Part shown: piece after piece, positions 9,747-17,585 of the stretch | Numbering within the stretch: position 1 is the first letter of the stretch | How the letters are laid out: every line of letters starts with the position of its first letter | Origin: Methanocellales archaeon | GTDB lineage: Archaea > Halobacteriota > JAWCLZ01 | Length of the DNA: 29,146 nucleotides | Direction: 5' to 3' | Assembly: GCA_038850285.1 (NCBI GenBank) | Contig: JAWCMA010000002.1 | Span: forward strand, 11,905-41,050 | The notes under the pieces: generated by a model | What the model was told of the DNA's origin: nothing | Database searches by the model: none | The model's input: the letters and a program-made list of their open reading frames with translations, nothing else | Made by a program: the position numbers and the translations under genes

Positions 9747-10472
9747 TCAAGCTGTAAATTTTGTTATTAATATGCTAAGTTCATAGAAAAAAATCATTGG
9801 AAAAGTGAGCAAAATCGGACTGATGATATCCACCCCAGGAGTTACCCAAGTTGCCGCTATTACTATCAATAAATAAGCATGTCTTCGATAATATTTTAAG
9901 GTTGATCGATCTACAACTCCAAGTCTCACCAACGCGGTAATGAATATTGGCATTTCAAATACCAAGCCGAATAGAATGCAGCATATCAATACGAAATTCA
10001 CAAATTCTAAAATTGAAAATTTAGCTTCAACTCCAATTGAAGCAGCATCTTCATAGAGGTATTTGAAGAAGATGGGGAGCATTAAAAAATAGGTATAGAT
10101 TACGCCTAGAATAAATAGGGAAATTGCTGAAATTCCCCCTAGAGCTATGGAGGATTTCCCTAGATTTTTCAGCTTCATTTGAGGGAATCTTTCTCTTAAA
10201 ATTCTATAGCCCTCAAATATGATCAATGGCAGTGCAATCAAAGCACCTATTGCTATGGAGATCTTCAACTTCAAAATTAATACTTCAAGCGGGGTGAGAT
10301 AAATAAGCTCCGCTCCCTGAGGGAGGAGATCGAGTTTGATTTTATTTATCAATAGATCTGTGAAAGGAAATGATACAATTGAGCCAGCTATCACTACTCC
10401 CACTATTATCATTATCTTCCTTCTAAATTTTGTGAGCATTGTGCTTATGAACTCAAGTTCTTCGTAGGCCAT
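9747..10472 (-). CDS. tatC: Twin-arginine translocase subunit TatC
   Basis: About 6 TM segments; YLTPLE, FGLVFEMP, YRRHAY, TPGVD and FYELSI motifs; upstream of tatA. Confidence 0.92.
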   Translation of the reverse strand: MAYEELEFISTMLTKFRRKIMIIVGVVIAGSIVSFPFTDLLINKIKLDLLPQGAELIYLTPLEVLILKLKISIAIGALIALPLIIFEGYRILRERFPQMKLKNLGKSSIALGGISAISLFILGVIYTYFLMLPIFFKYLYEDAASIGVEAKFSILEFVNFVLICCILFGLVFEMPIFITALVRLGVVDRSTLKYYRRHAYLLIVIAATWVTPGVDIISPILLTFPMIFFYELSILITKFTA

Positions 10473-10534
10473 AATATGTTTAGAATAAGCTAATCTTCTA
10501 TAAAAATTAAACTAAAAACTATAAAAACTAGGTT

Positions 10535-11191
10535 CTATACTATCTCTCTTATGCGACTCAGATTCTCAAGTAGATAATCTGGAGTCAAAGATCGAAGTTT
10601 TTCAGAAGATGCAAATCCAGTGAGTACCGCTGCTGTTTTCGTACCTGCATTTCTACCCATCAATATATCCTCAATCATATCGCCTACATATAGACTCTTG
10701 CTTGCATTTACACCTAAGTTTTCAAGTGCAATTTCAAGCTGATATGGAGATGGTTTGCGTTTTTCCAAATCCACTTCATCTCCAAAGATCATGGTATCGA
10801 AAAATTTCATCACGCCCTGAGCTTCTATATCGCGGAGTACTCTAGATTTATTGCCAGCTGAAACCAAACCTATCTTTAAACCATTTGCCTTGAGATACTC
10901 AAGCGTGGAGATGCTGTCCGGGAATAACTTGCCTTTATTTCTCTCTTCTTCATATTGGGCAAGCCATATTTCATCGGCTTCAAACCATTTATCCTCTGGT
11001 ATTTGCAAATAACGATAGAATTCATACCAATTTGGCGTTGCATGGGAGCGGTATTCCTCGATTGAAATCGCCTTTATTCCAAAGCAGCTGAATACCTTTA
11101 AATAGCAGTTATAGTTCAGCATCAAAGAATCATAGAGAGTTCCATCCCAGTCAAACATCACTGCTTCCAAGTAATTATCTTTCACTCCCAT
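10535..11191 (-). CDS. HAD-superfamily hydrolase (phosphoglycolate phosphatase-like)
   Basis: Motif I FDWDGTL, motif II VS, KPSP and YVGDMIEDILMG. Confidence 0.88.
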   Translation of the reverse strand: MGVKDNYLEAVMFDWDGTLYDSLMLNYNCYLKVFSCFGIKAISIEEYRSHATPNWYEFYRYLQIPEDKWFEADEIWLAQYEEERNKGKLFPDSISTLEYLKANGLKIGLVSAGNKSRVLRDIEAQGVMKFFDTMIFGDEVDLEKRKPSPYQLEIALENLGVNASKSLYVGDMIEDILMGRNAGTKTAAVLTGFASSEKLRSLTPDYLLENLSRIREIV

Positions 11192-11226
11192 CTATTTTAA
11201 TTTCTTTCTAAATTGTTAATAAATCC

Positions 11227-11277
11227 TTCTGTTGAAAATTTTTCATAGAAATTGCTTAAGATTGCAATGTAATTACA
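11227..11277. promoter_or_regulatory. Palindromes in the divergent HAD / oxidoreductase intergenic region (possible operator sites)
   Basis: TGAAAA-T-TTTTCA (11233-11245), ATTGCAAT (11261-11268) and TGTAATTACA (11268-11277). The region is AT-rich, so these may be chance. Confidence 0.3.
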
Positions 11278-11364
11278 ATTTATCATTTCGAGAGCGAAAA
11301 ATGCTAACTAAAAGCGGCAAATTGATAAAGAGGTAGATTAAATTTAAATCAAATTGGTGGTTTA

Positions 11365-12648
11365 ATGACTGAAACTTTGAGGATCGAACTAGGAAGAATG
11401 AGAATCTCAGGGAATCAAGCAATTGCAAGAGGAGCAATTGAAGCAGGAGTTAGAGTTACATGCGCATATCCAGGTGCGCCAATTTCAGATCTGCAGCATA
11501 CCTTTGAGTCTCTAGCCAAGAAACCCGGCTATCCTAGGAATATTCCCTTTACAATAAAACTAGGTGAAGCCCTGGATAAAGCTGGTTATGAGCTCATTGC
11601 CAAATGGGGCGAGATGACCAATGAGCCCAATGCCCTCTCCTTTGCACTGGGAAATATAATTTGCAAGGGGGATAAGAAATCGCGGGAATATATAACTCCT
11701 GAGGAATATGAGATTATATATGGAGAAACAATTTTCGCAAAGCAAAAGATCTTAACCAAAGCTGAAATTCCAGTTGGCTCTAGAATTATGTGCTCAGTTA
11801 AACATCTTGGAGGTAATACCGCTGCAGATGTAGCTAGAACCCTCATGAATATAATTCCTTACCCAGGTGGTCTTGCGATAGCAAGTGGAGATGACCGCCA
11901 GGGGACTGCTTCTCAAACAATGCAGGATAATAAAGTGCTATTTGCCTGGCATTTTAGAATGCCAACCTTTGAAGTTCACAATCCCGCTAATGCTCATATA
12001 ACTGTAAGAAATGCCTACAAGCTCTGCGAGGAACTTGGCGTGCCATTCGCGATCGTTGAGAATTACAATCAATCCTATCGAGAGGTTGCTACTGATGTAA
12101 CGCTTGAGATTGATATGCAGGCGAATAAAAGAAAAAAGGGATTCACCCCAGATCCCTATAACCTTGTTACAATTGGACCGCAAATTAGACCCAAGGAGAA
12201 GAGACACTGGGAGAAGATAATTCCACTTATGAAAAAGAAGTTCTCGGATTACTTTGAATTTTTAAACAACGAGGTTATTCGCTACTCTGAGAATCCAACT
12301 AAACTAGTTATAGTCAATGGTCCTTTTAGAGAGGACTTCAACTATATTAGAAACAATGAAGAAAGGATAAGGGAATTCAAACAGATCTATAAAAATCCAG
12401 TGGTTATAGCCAGCGACTTAGTATGGCCTCTTCCCAGCGAGCTATATAAGAAGATCTTCGAGGAGAGCTCCATCGATGAAGTTTATGTCTTTGAAGAAGG
12501 CTATGGCAGAGTAATGTACTTCGAAACTCTAGATTTCATAAATACCTATGAATTCCGCGCGAGGGTTAGAAATAAGGGCATTCCATATGAGCCCAGAATG
12601 TATGAAAGATTCTCATACGCTGGCCATATAATGGCAAGTGCAAGCTAG
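11365..12648 (+). CDS. Diverged indolepyruvate:ferredoxin oxidoreductase alpha-like subunit, N-terminal half
   Basis: SGNQAIARGAIEAGV, AYPGAP, TNE, KHLGGNTAAD and GDD...SQTMQD are recognisable variants of the IorA N-terminal motifs. Confidence 0.8.
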   Translation: MTETLRIELGRMRISGNQAIARGAIEAGVRVTCAYPGAPISDLQHTFESLAKKPGYPRNIPFTIKLGEALDKAGYELIAKWGEMTNEPNALSFALGNIICKGDKKSREYITPEEYEIIYGETIFAKQKILTKAEIPVGSRIMCSVKHLGGNTAADVARTLMNIIPYPGGLAIASGDDRQGTASQTMQDNKVLFAWHFRMPTFEVHNPANAHITVRNAYKLCEELGVPFAIVENYNQSYREVATDVTLEIDMQANKRKKGFTPDPYNLVTIGPQIRPKEKRHWEKIIPLMKKKFSDYFEFLNNEVIRYSENPTKLVIVNGPFREDFNYIRNNEERIREFKQIYKNPVVIASDLVWPLPSELYKKIFEESSIDEVYVFEEGYGRVMYFETLDFINTYEFRARVRNKGIPYEPRMYERFSYAGHIMASAS

Positions 12649-12662
12649 AGGGGGTGAAAGCT

Positions 12663-13589
12663 ATGCAAGCTGTTGCTATTCCTAAACCAGAGGAAAGGAC
12701 GATTAAAAGACCAGTTGCAAACTGCCCAGGATGCGGTGCAACCAAGGTTTCAATGGCTTTGAAGGAGGGACTTAGGAGGTATAATAAGGAGAATAAAACC
12801 AGCTATAAATTGATCTATGTAGCCGATAGAGGCTGTGGCAATCTTCAAGGTTGGCATGAATATGGCATAGTGGATGCAATTTACAACATGGGCATGGCTC
12901 CAATGGTAGCTCTGGGAGCTAGATATTCCTCCGGAGGTCCTGAGAATGGCTATATAGTGGTTTGCGCAAGTGGTGATGGTGCTTATAACTTCAATATAAA
13001 TGGAATGAAGATCGCAGCTCAAGATCCTCCAAGCATGTATATAATCTATGATAACTATTCAATTCGCATGACCGGAGGACAGCTTGGCCTGAGGAATGAT
13101 TATGAAGTTGAAGGTAGAGCCATAGGCTTCGAGGTCTACTTCATCAATCCTTATAGATATAGCGAGAATGCGGAGATCTTCAAGAAACTCATAGGGGAAT
13201 ATTTAAATAAAAAGGCAATAATGGTAGTGGCAGATGGCACTTGCTCTCGAGATTTAAGAGGAATGATCTCAGGCAAGGGGATCAAGCTGGGTACATTTGT
13301 GAGGAAAGAAGGCTGCAAAGATCTAGTGTATCAAAAAGAGAGAGAGAAAATAGCGAAGGAAAATCCTGAGAAGCTCAAGGAAATGCCTCCATTTAAATGC
13401 AGGCTCTGTGGAATGCACTTGCGCTGTCAAGCATTGCTTGAAAACGATCCAACTCGCTGCTTCAACTGCGGTGCTTGCGCGCATTATGAATGCGAGTTTT
13501 TAACTTGCTCTGAGCCAAATCTTGCCATGGTAACTGAGCATCCTAAGAAGTATAGCGAGTTTTTCGAGAAATATACTGGAAGGGATTAA
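12663..13589 (+). CDS. Diverged IOR alpha-like subunit, C-terminal half (ThDP-binding plus ferredoxin-like domain)
   Basis: RPVANCPGC, ADRGC, GDGA...DN ThDP motif, MTGGQ, C-terminal CRLC...C and CFNCGAC...C. ATG 12663 follows a GGGGTGA Shine-Dalgarno; the ORF track starts at GTG 12654. Confidence 0.8.
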   Translation: MQAVAIPKPEERTIKRPVANCPGCGATKVSMALKEGLRRYNKENKTSYKLIYVADRGCGNLQGWHEYGIVDAIYNMGMAPMVALGARYSSGGPENGYIVVCASGDGAYNFNINGMKIAAQDPPSMYIIYDNYSIRMTGGQLGLRNDYEVEGRAIGFEVYFINPYRYSENAEIFKKLIGEYLNKKAIMVVADGTCSRDLRGMISGKGIKLGTFVRKEGCKDLVYQKEREKIAKENPEKLKEMPPFKCRLCGMHLRCQALLENDPTRCFNCGACAHYECEFLTCSEPNLAMVTEHPKKYSEFFEKYTGRD

Positions 13590-13590
13590 C

Positions 13591-14271
13591 ATGAAGCGAG
13601 ACTTGGTTATTACCTTTCCCTCAATTGGAGGATCTGGGTATTTAACTCTAGCTGAAACAATTGCAGATGCAGCGATGAAAGCAGGCTATTATTCAGTTGT
13701 ATATCAATGTCGAGGTTTAGCTCAAGCAGAGGGACCAATGTGCCTGGATACTTGGATAAGCGAGAGAGAGATCCATGGAGCAGTTGCACAAGAGGTTAAT
13801 TACATGAATGCTTATGAGATGACTGAGATCTGGCGCATGTTCACTGAGGCAAGCAAGCAGGTTGAGAGAATTTACTCAAAAGATCTTACAATTGTGAGTG
13901 ATTATAGAGTAATAGAGCCAATTGTGGTGATGACAAGCATAAAAGGACCTAGGTATTACACTAGAGAGGAAATGCTGGAATTAATTAAGAGCTACAAGAT
14001 CGCTGGCAATGCACCGAGGATAATTCTCTATGACTTCTCCAAATACAAACAATATGCCTCGGTTTTAAAGGGGCCTTATTCATTTGGCGTAATCACCGCC
14101 GACTTAGAAAAGCGCGATGACATCTTAAGAATTCCGAAAAAGGAAGCTGAACTCGCGGTTTACGAAGGCGCGCCTAAAAAGGGCAAGCTCCCTGAGTTGA
14201 ACGTAGAGGCCTTTAGAAGAGGATATGAAGATCGCATTAGAGGAAGAGAAGCAAAAGTGATGATGATTTAA
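13591..14271 (+). CDS. Diverged IOR beta-like (2-oxoacid:acceptor oxidoreductase gamma-domain) subunit
   Basis: IGGSGYLTLAETIADAA, GLAQAEG and C-terminal LNVEAFRRG correspond to IorB GVGGQG, GMAQRGG and NxxAFxxG. Confidence 0.78.
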   Translation: MKRDLVITFPSIGGSGYLTLAETIADAAMKAGYYSVVYQCRGLAQAEGPMCLDTWISEREIHGAVAQEVNYMNAYEMTEIWRMFTEASKQVERIYSKDLTIVSDYRVIEPIVVMTSIKGPRYYTREEMLELIKSYKIAGNAPRIILYDFSKYKQYASVLKGPYSFGVITADLEKRDDILRIPKKEAELAVYEGAPKKGKLPELNVEAFRRGYEDRIRGREAKVMMI

Positions 14272-14310
14272 TTTAATATTAATATTTTTTATTTTTTTAA
14301 TATTTATTAT
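14272..14310 (+). terminator. T-rich terminator after the oxidoreductase operon
   Basis: All-A/T tract with T6 and T7 runs directly after the stop codon. Confidence 0.5.
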
Positions 14311-14371
14311 CTCTATGTCGATGGAAAGTCGCTAATTATAAGTAGCATTTTACTTTATTGATGATGAATTA

Positions 14372-14995
14372 TTGGCTCTGCAATTTAGAGGTGTTTGCGT
14401 GACTATAAATGAATGTGGAGATGAGGTCCCAGATAAAATAATCCAAAAGGCTAAAGAAGTTGGTTGTATGAATTGCCCGAAGTATGTGTACATTAATGGT
14501 AAATATGGGGGGAGACCTCCCGTGGCGAGCATTGGTGGTGAAAAAGTAACTCGTTTTCGGAACATTGCAAATGCAGAGAAAATGAAGTTTGATTTGGGTG
14601 ATGGTTGGGTCGCTTTTAAGTCACCCTCTGCCTCGCGGGGAATTAGAAATCGCTCCGTGGGCAAAGGAAAGGGCGAGCCTTGTGCAATCTGTGGTGAGGA
14701 TAGATTTCAAGTTAATGGACATTTTCCAACACCAAAACGTAAAGGTGGAACTAAGACGATTCCATTATGTCCCACACACCATGAACTGCTTGATGATGGA
14801 AGATTGTCACCGTGCGAGTTAGATGAGATTCGGAGGAAGATATACCCGGAATTTGGTTCGTTAGATGAATTCATTATATGGGCAAAGGATAACGGATATC
14901 CATATGATATTGAAGACATGAAAAAAAAGAAATTGTGGGAGAACTACGAAGAGAAGGAAGTTTGTTATAGAATCTGTTACAGAGTTAAACATTAG
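14372..14995 (+). CDS. HNH endonuclease-domain protein (start uncertain)
   Basis: CAICG...GHFPTPKRKGG...IPLCPTHHELLD is a Zn-ribbon HNH signature; extra N-terminal CMNC. Confidence 0.7.
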   Translation: MALQFRGVCVTINECGDEVPDKIIQKAKEVGCMNCPKYVYINGKYGGRPPVASIGGEKVTRFRNIANAEKMKFDLGDGWVAFKSPSASRGIRNRSVGKGKGEPCAICGEDRFQVNGHFPTPKRKGGTKTIPLCPTHHELLDDGRLSPCELDEIRRKIYPEFGSLDEFIIWAKDNGYPYDIEDMKKKKLWENYEEKEVCYRICYRVKH

Positions 14996-15091
14996 ATGGA
15001 CTATGTCTTGACCAATCACTACTAACAATATCAGCAATTTCTCCATAAAAAAATCTTTTCAGCTTCTCAGCAAAAATTATTTTAATTTCTT

Positions 15092-15115
15092 TTACTCTTA
15101 CTCTTACTCTTACTC
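15092..15115. repeat. Tandem hexamer (TTACTC)x4
   Basis: Four exact copies read directly; followed by the perfect palindrome TTGCCATGGCAA (15120-15131). Confidence 0.9.
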
Positions 15116-15162
15116 GATTTTGCCATGGCAATTGATGTAAATGAAAAGATTTATTGGGGAAG

Positions 15163-16110
15163 ATGTTAAATAAAAGGGAAAGAATGGAAATTCTTAGATG
15201 TGGGGAACTAAATTGGATTAACATAGAGAAACCCACCCAGAAAGAGATCAGTTTCTTGGCTCAAAATTACCACTTTCATTCTCTAGCTTTAGATGATTGC
15301 ATTTCAAAGGTACAGCTTCCCAAGATTGATAAATATGAGAATTACTTATTTATTGTACTCCACTTCCCGAATTTTAGCAGCGAGGGTCGAATAATCCCGA
15401 GTCAGCTGTCCATTTTCCTGGGAAAAAATTATGTAATTACAATTTCATCAGGCGATTTAAAACCTTTATCGGAAGCATTCCAAGTGTGCAAAAATGATGA
15501 GAAAGCACTCTTAGCTGTTTTGAGATCGCCAGGCTACCTTCTTTATCACATAATAGATCGACTGGTCGATTCTTTGTTTCCCCTGTTGGACAAAATCATA
15601 AACGAATTGGATGACATTGAGGATAAAGTTTTTGATGAAAAAATAGAAGCAGTCCGTGAAGTAACCATGCTAAGGCGGAGGATAGCTCGCTTCAGACGAA
15701 TTATTTATCCACTTAAGCGTGTTATAGGGGAACTGGCGAAGGAAACATCTCACTACACCGCGGATGACCTACCGATTTACTTTGGCGATGTTGAGGACCA
15801 CGTTGATAAGGTATGGGCGACTTTAGATGAATGCAAAGAGATCATAGAAATCTACAAGGATACTGATTTCATGCTCAGCACTGAGAAGACCAATAAAATT
15901 CTAGCTATTCTCACCATTTTCTTTACCCTCTCTATCCCAATTACAGTGATAGGCACAGTTTATGGGATGAATATTCCCTTACCAGGTGGGATAGAAACTC
16001 AGCCTTGGACCTTTCTAGGTCCTTACACCACTTTTATCGTCCTCCTCATTCTTTCAACAGTTCCTGCTTTATTAATGCTCTGGTATTTCCGTCACTCTGG
16101 GTGGCTATAA
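15163..16110 (+). CDS. corA: CorA-family Mg2+/Co2+ transporter
   Basis: WINIEKP, FHSLALDDC, PKIDKY, two C-terminal TM helices with the YGMN signature; ATG 15163 chosen over TTG 15154. Confidence 0.93.
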   Translation: MLNKRERMEILRCGELNWINIEKPTQKEISFLAQNYHFHSLALDDCISKVQLPKIDKYENYLFIVLHFPNFSSEGRIIPSQLSIFLGKNYVITISSGDLKPLSEAFQVCKNDEKALLAVLRSPGYLLYHIIDRLVDSLFPLLDKIINELDDIEDKVFDEKIEAVREVTMLRRRIARFRRIIYPLKRVIGELAKETSHYTADDLPIYFGDVEDHVDKVWATLDECKEIIEIYKDTDFMLSTEKTNKILAILTIFFTLSIPITVIGTVYGMNIPLPGGIETQPWTFLGPYTTFIVLLILSTVPALLMLWYFRHSGWL

Positions 16111-16192
16111 TTCACTGGCTATAATTTACTAAGTGCAAGTTGGATCTCTGAAATTTTCTCTTTAAGTTCCTGCAATGCATCAATGCAGTGTT

Positions 16193-17584
16193 TCATTTTC
16201 TCATTCTCCCAGCTATCTCCACCGCACGCTTAGCTACTTCCCTTGCACTTTGGCCAAGAAGTGTTATCATAGGTTCTTTTCCCCAGTCTCCACGGTGGTA
16301 TATAATATCTGGAATATTGCCACCTGTTTGCAGAAGGGCTTGTTCTACTCCCCATTTCATGCTCATTCCCTCAATGCGTTTTATTTCCTCAGGTTCTTTA
16401 CTGCGATCATAGCTTGAAATTAGCAAGCCCATTTCCCTGCCTATTTCTAGGATTTCTTGGGAGAATTTCAAGTTCAAGGCAGCTTTATAGCTAGGATTTC
16501 TTTTATAGATCTCTAGAGCTGCTCTAGCCACGTGCCTCGAAGCTCCTGCTCTTGCAAATCCGTGAGATCTTGGTCTACCACTAGCAGCGGTTATCCTTCC
16601 CTCCACGCCTATAACTTCAGCTCTATCCATAGTATATTCAGGCACTGAAACTATGTTCATTCCCACTTCAGGTATCAGTAGTGCGAGGGCTTCACTTTGC
16701 TCCACGATTTTTATTGCTTCAAGTACATCCTCCATTGCCTTTTGCTTCTCAGCTTCATAGTATAGATTTGCCATGGGATTTACTGGACCGCTTCTTCCCC
16801 CAATGTTGAAGCCAAACATTATTGCTTTTTCCATGAATCGCTTGCTAGACTTAACTGCTTCTTTAACGCTGCAGCCCTTTGCTAAGTAAGCTGTTATGCT
16901 TGCTGAGAATGTGCAGCCAGTGCCATGCAGATTCTTAGTTTTAATTCTCGGGCTTTTGAAATAGACATGCTCTTTACCGTCATAGAGGATATCTATAACC
17001 TCTTCACCAGCTAGGTGTCCTCCTTTAACCAGCACATTGCGGGGGCCAATTCTTCCAATCTCTATCGCTGCTTTTTCCATATCTTTTATGCTTTTGATTT
17101 TCAAATTTGCAATTATCTCTGCCTCATGCAAATTAGGCGTTACAATGGTAGCAATGGGAAGTAATTTCTTAAGCAGTACTTCAACTGCATCTTCTCTCTG
17201 AAGCCTTGCTCCTGATGCTGCTACCATCACTGGATCCACGACCACAGGTATGCCTCTCTTTTCTATGCTTTCAACTACAGTTTCAATTATCTCTTTGCTA
17301 TTCAGCATTCCTGTTTTCAGCGCGTCCACTCCGATGTCCTCGAATACCGCGTCAATTTGCGCTTTAATGATTTCCAAGCTTAAATCTTGGATCATTCTCA
17401 CCCCTAGGGTATTTTGAGCTGTTACCGAGGTCAAAGCTGAGGTGCCGAAAACTCCCAGCGCTGCAAATGTTTTTAAATCCGCTTGAATTCCAGCTCCCCC
17501 GCCTGAATCTGAGCCTGCTATCGTTAGAGCTCTAGCTATTTTTTTCTCTCCCCCCATTTTCTCCATTTCCCGCATTTTCTGCAT
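16193..17584 (-). CDS. thiD: Bifunctional HMP/HMP-P kinase - thiamine-phosphate synthase (ThiDN)
   Basis: ALTIAGSDSGGGAGIQADLKT, VVDPVM and HGTGCT (ThiD); IPEVGMN, GRI, GASRHVA and GDWGKEPM (ThiN). Confidence 0.95.
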   Translation of the reverse strand: MQKMREMEKMGGEKKIARALTIAGSDSGGGAGIQADLKTFAALGVFGTSALTSVTAQNTLGVRMIQDLSLEIIKAQIDAVFEDIGVDALKTGMLNSKEIIETVVESIEKRGIPVVVDPVMVAASGARLQREDAVEVLLKKLLPIATIVTPNLHEAEIIANLKIKSIKDMEKAAIEIGRIGPRNVLVKGGHLAGEEVIDILYDGKEHVYFKSPRIKTKNLHGTGCTFSASITAYLAKGCSVKEAVKSSKRFMEKAIMFGFNIGGRSGPVNPMANLYYEAEKQKAMEDVLEAIKIVEQSEALALLIPEVGMNIVSVPEYTMDRAEVIGVEGRITAASGRPRSHGFARAGASRHVARAALEIYKRNPSYKAALNLKFSQEILEIGREMGLLISSYDRSKEPEEIKRIEGMSMKWGVEQALLQTGGNIPDIIYHRGDWGKEPMITLLGQSAREVAKRAVEIAGRMRK

Positions 17585-17585
17585 T

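Noticed and set aside
10535-11191. HAD hydrolase as part of the oxidoreductase pathway or as a thiamine phosphatase
   Set aside because: Only divergent adjacency supports it; HAD substrate cannot be read from the sequence.
15092-15115. CRISPR-like repeat
   Set aside because: The unit is 6 bp with no spacers, and no cas genes are present.
14985-15236. 83-aa minus-strand ORF containing RVRVRVRV
   Set aside because: It overlaps corA and the HNH gene, and the periodicity comes from the TTACTC repeat.
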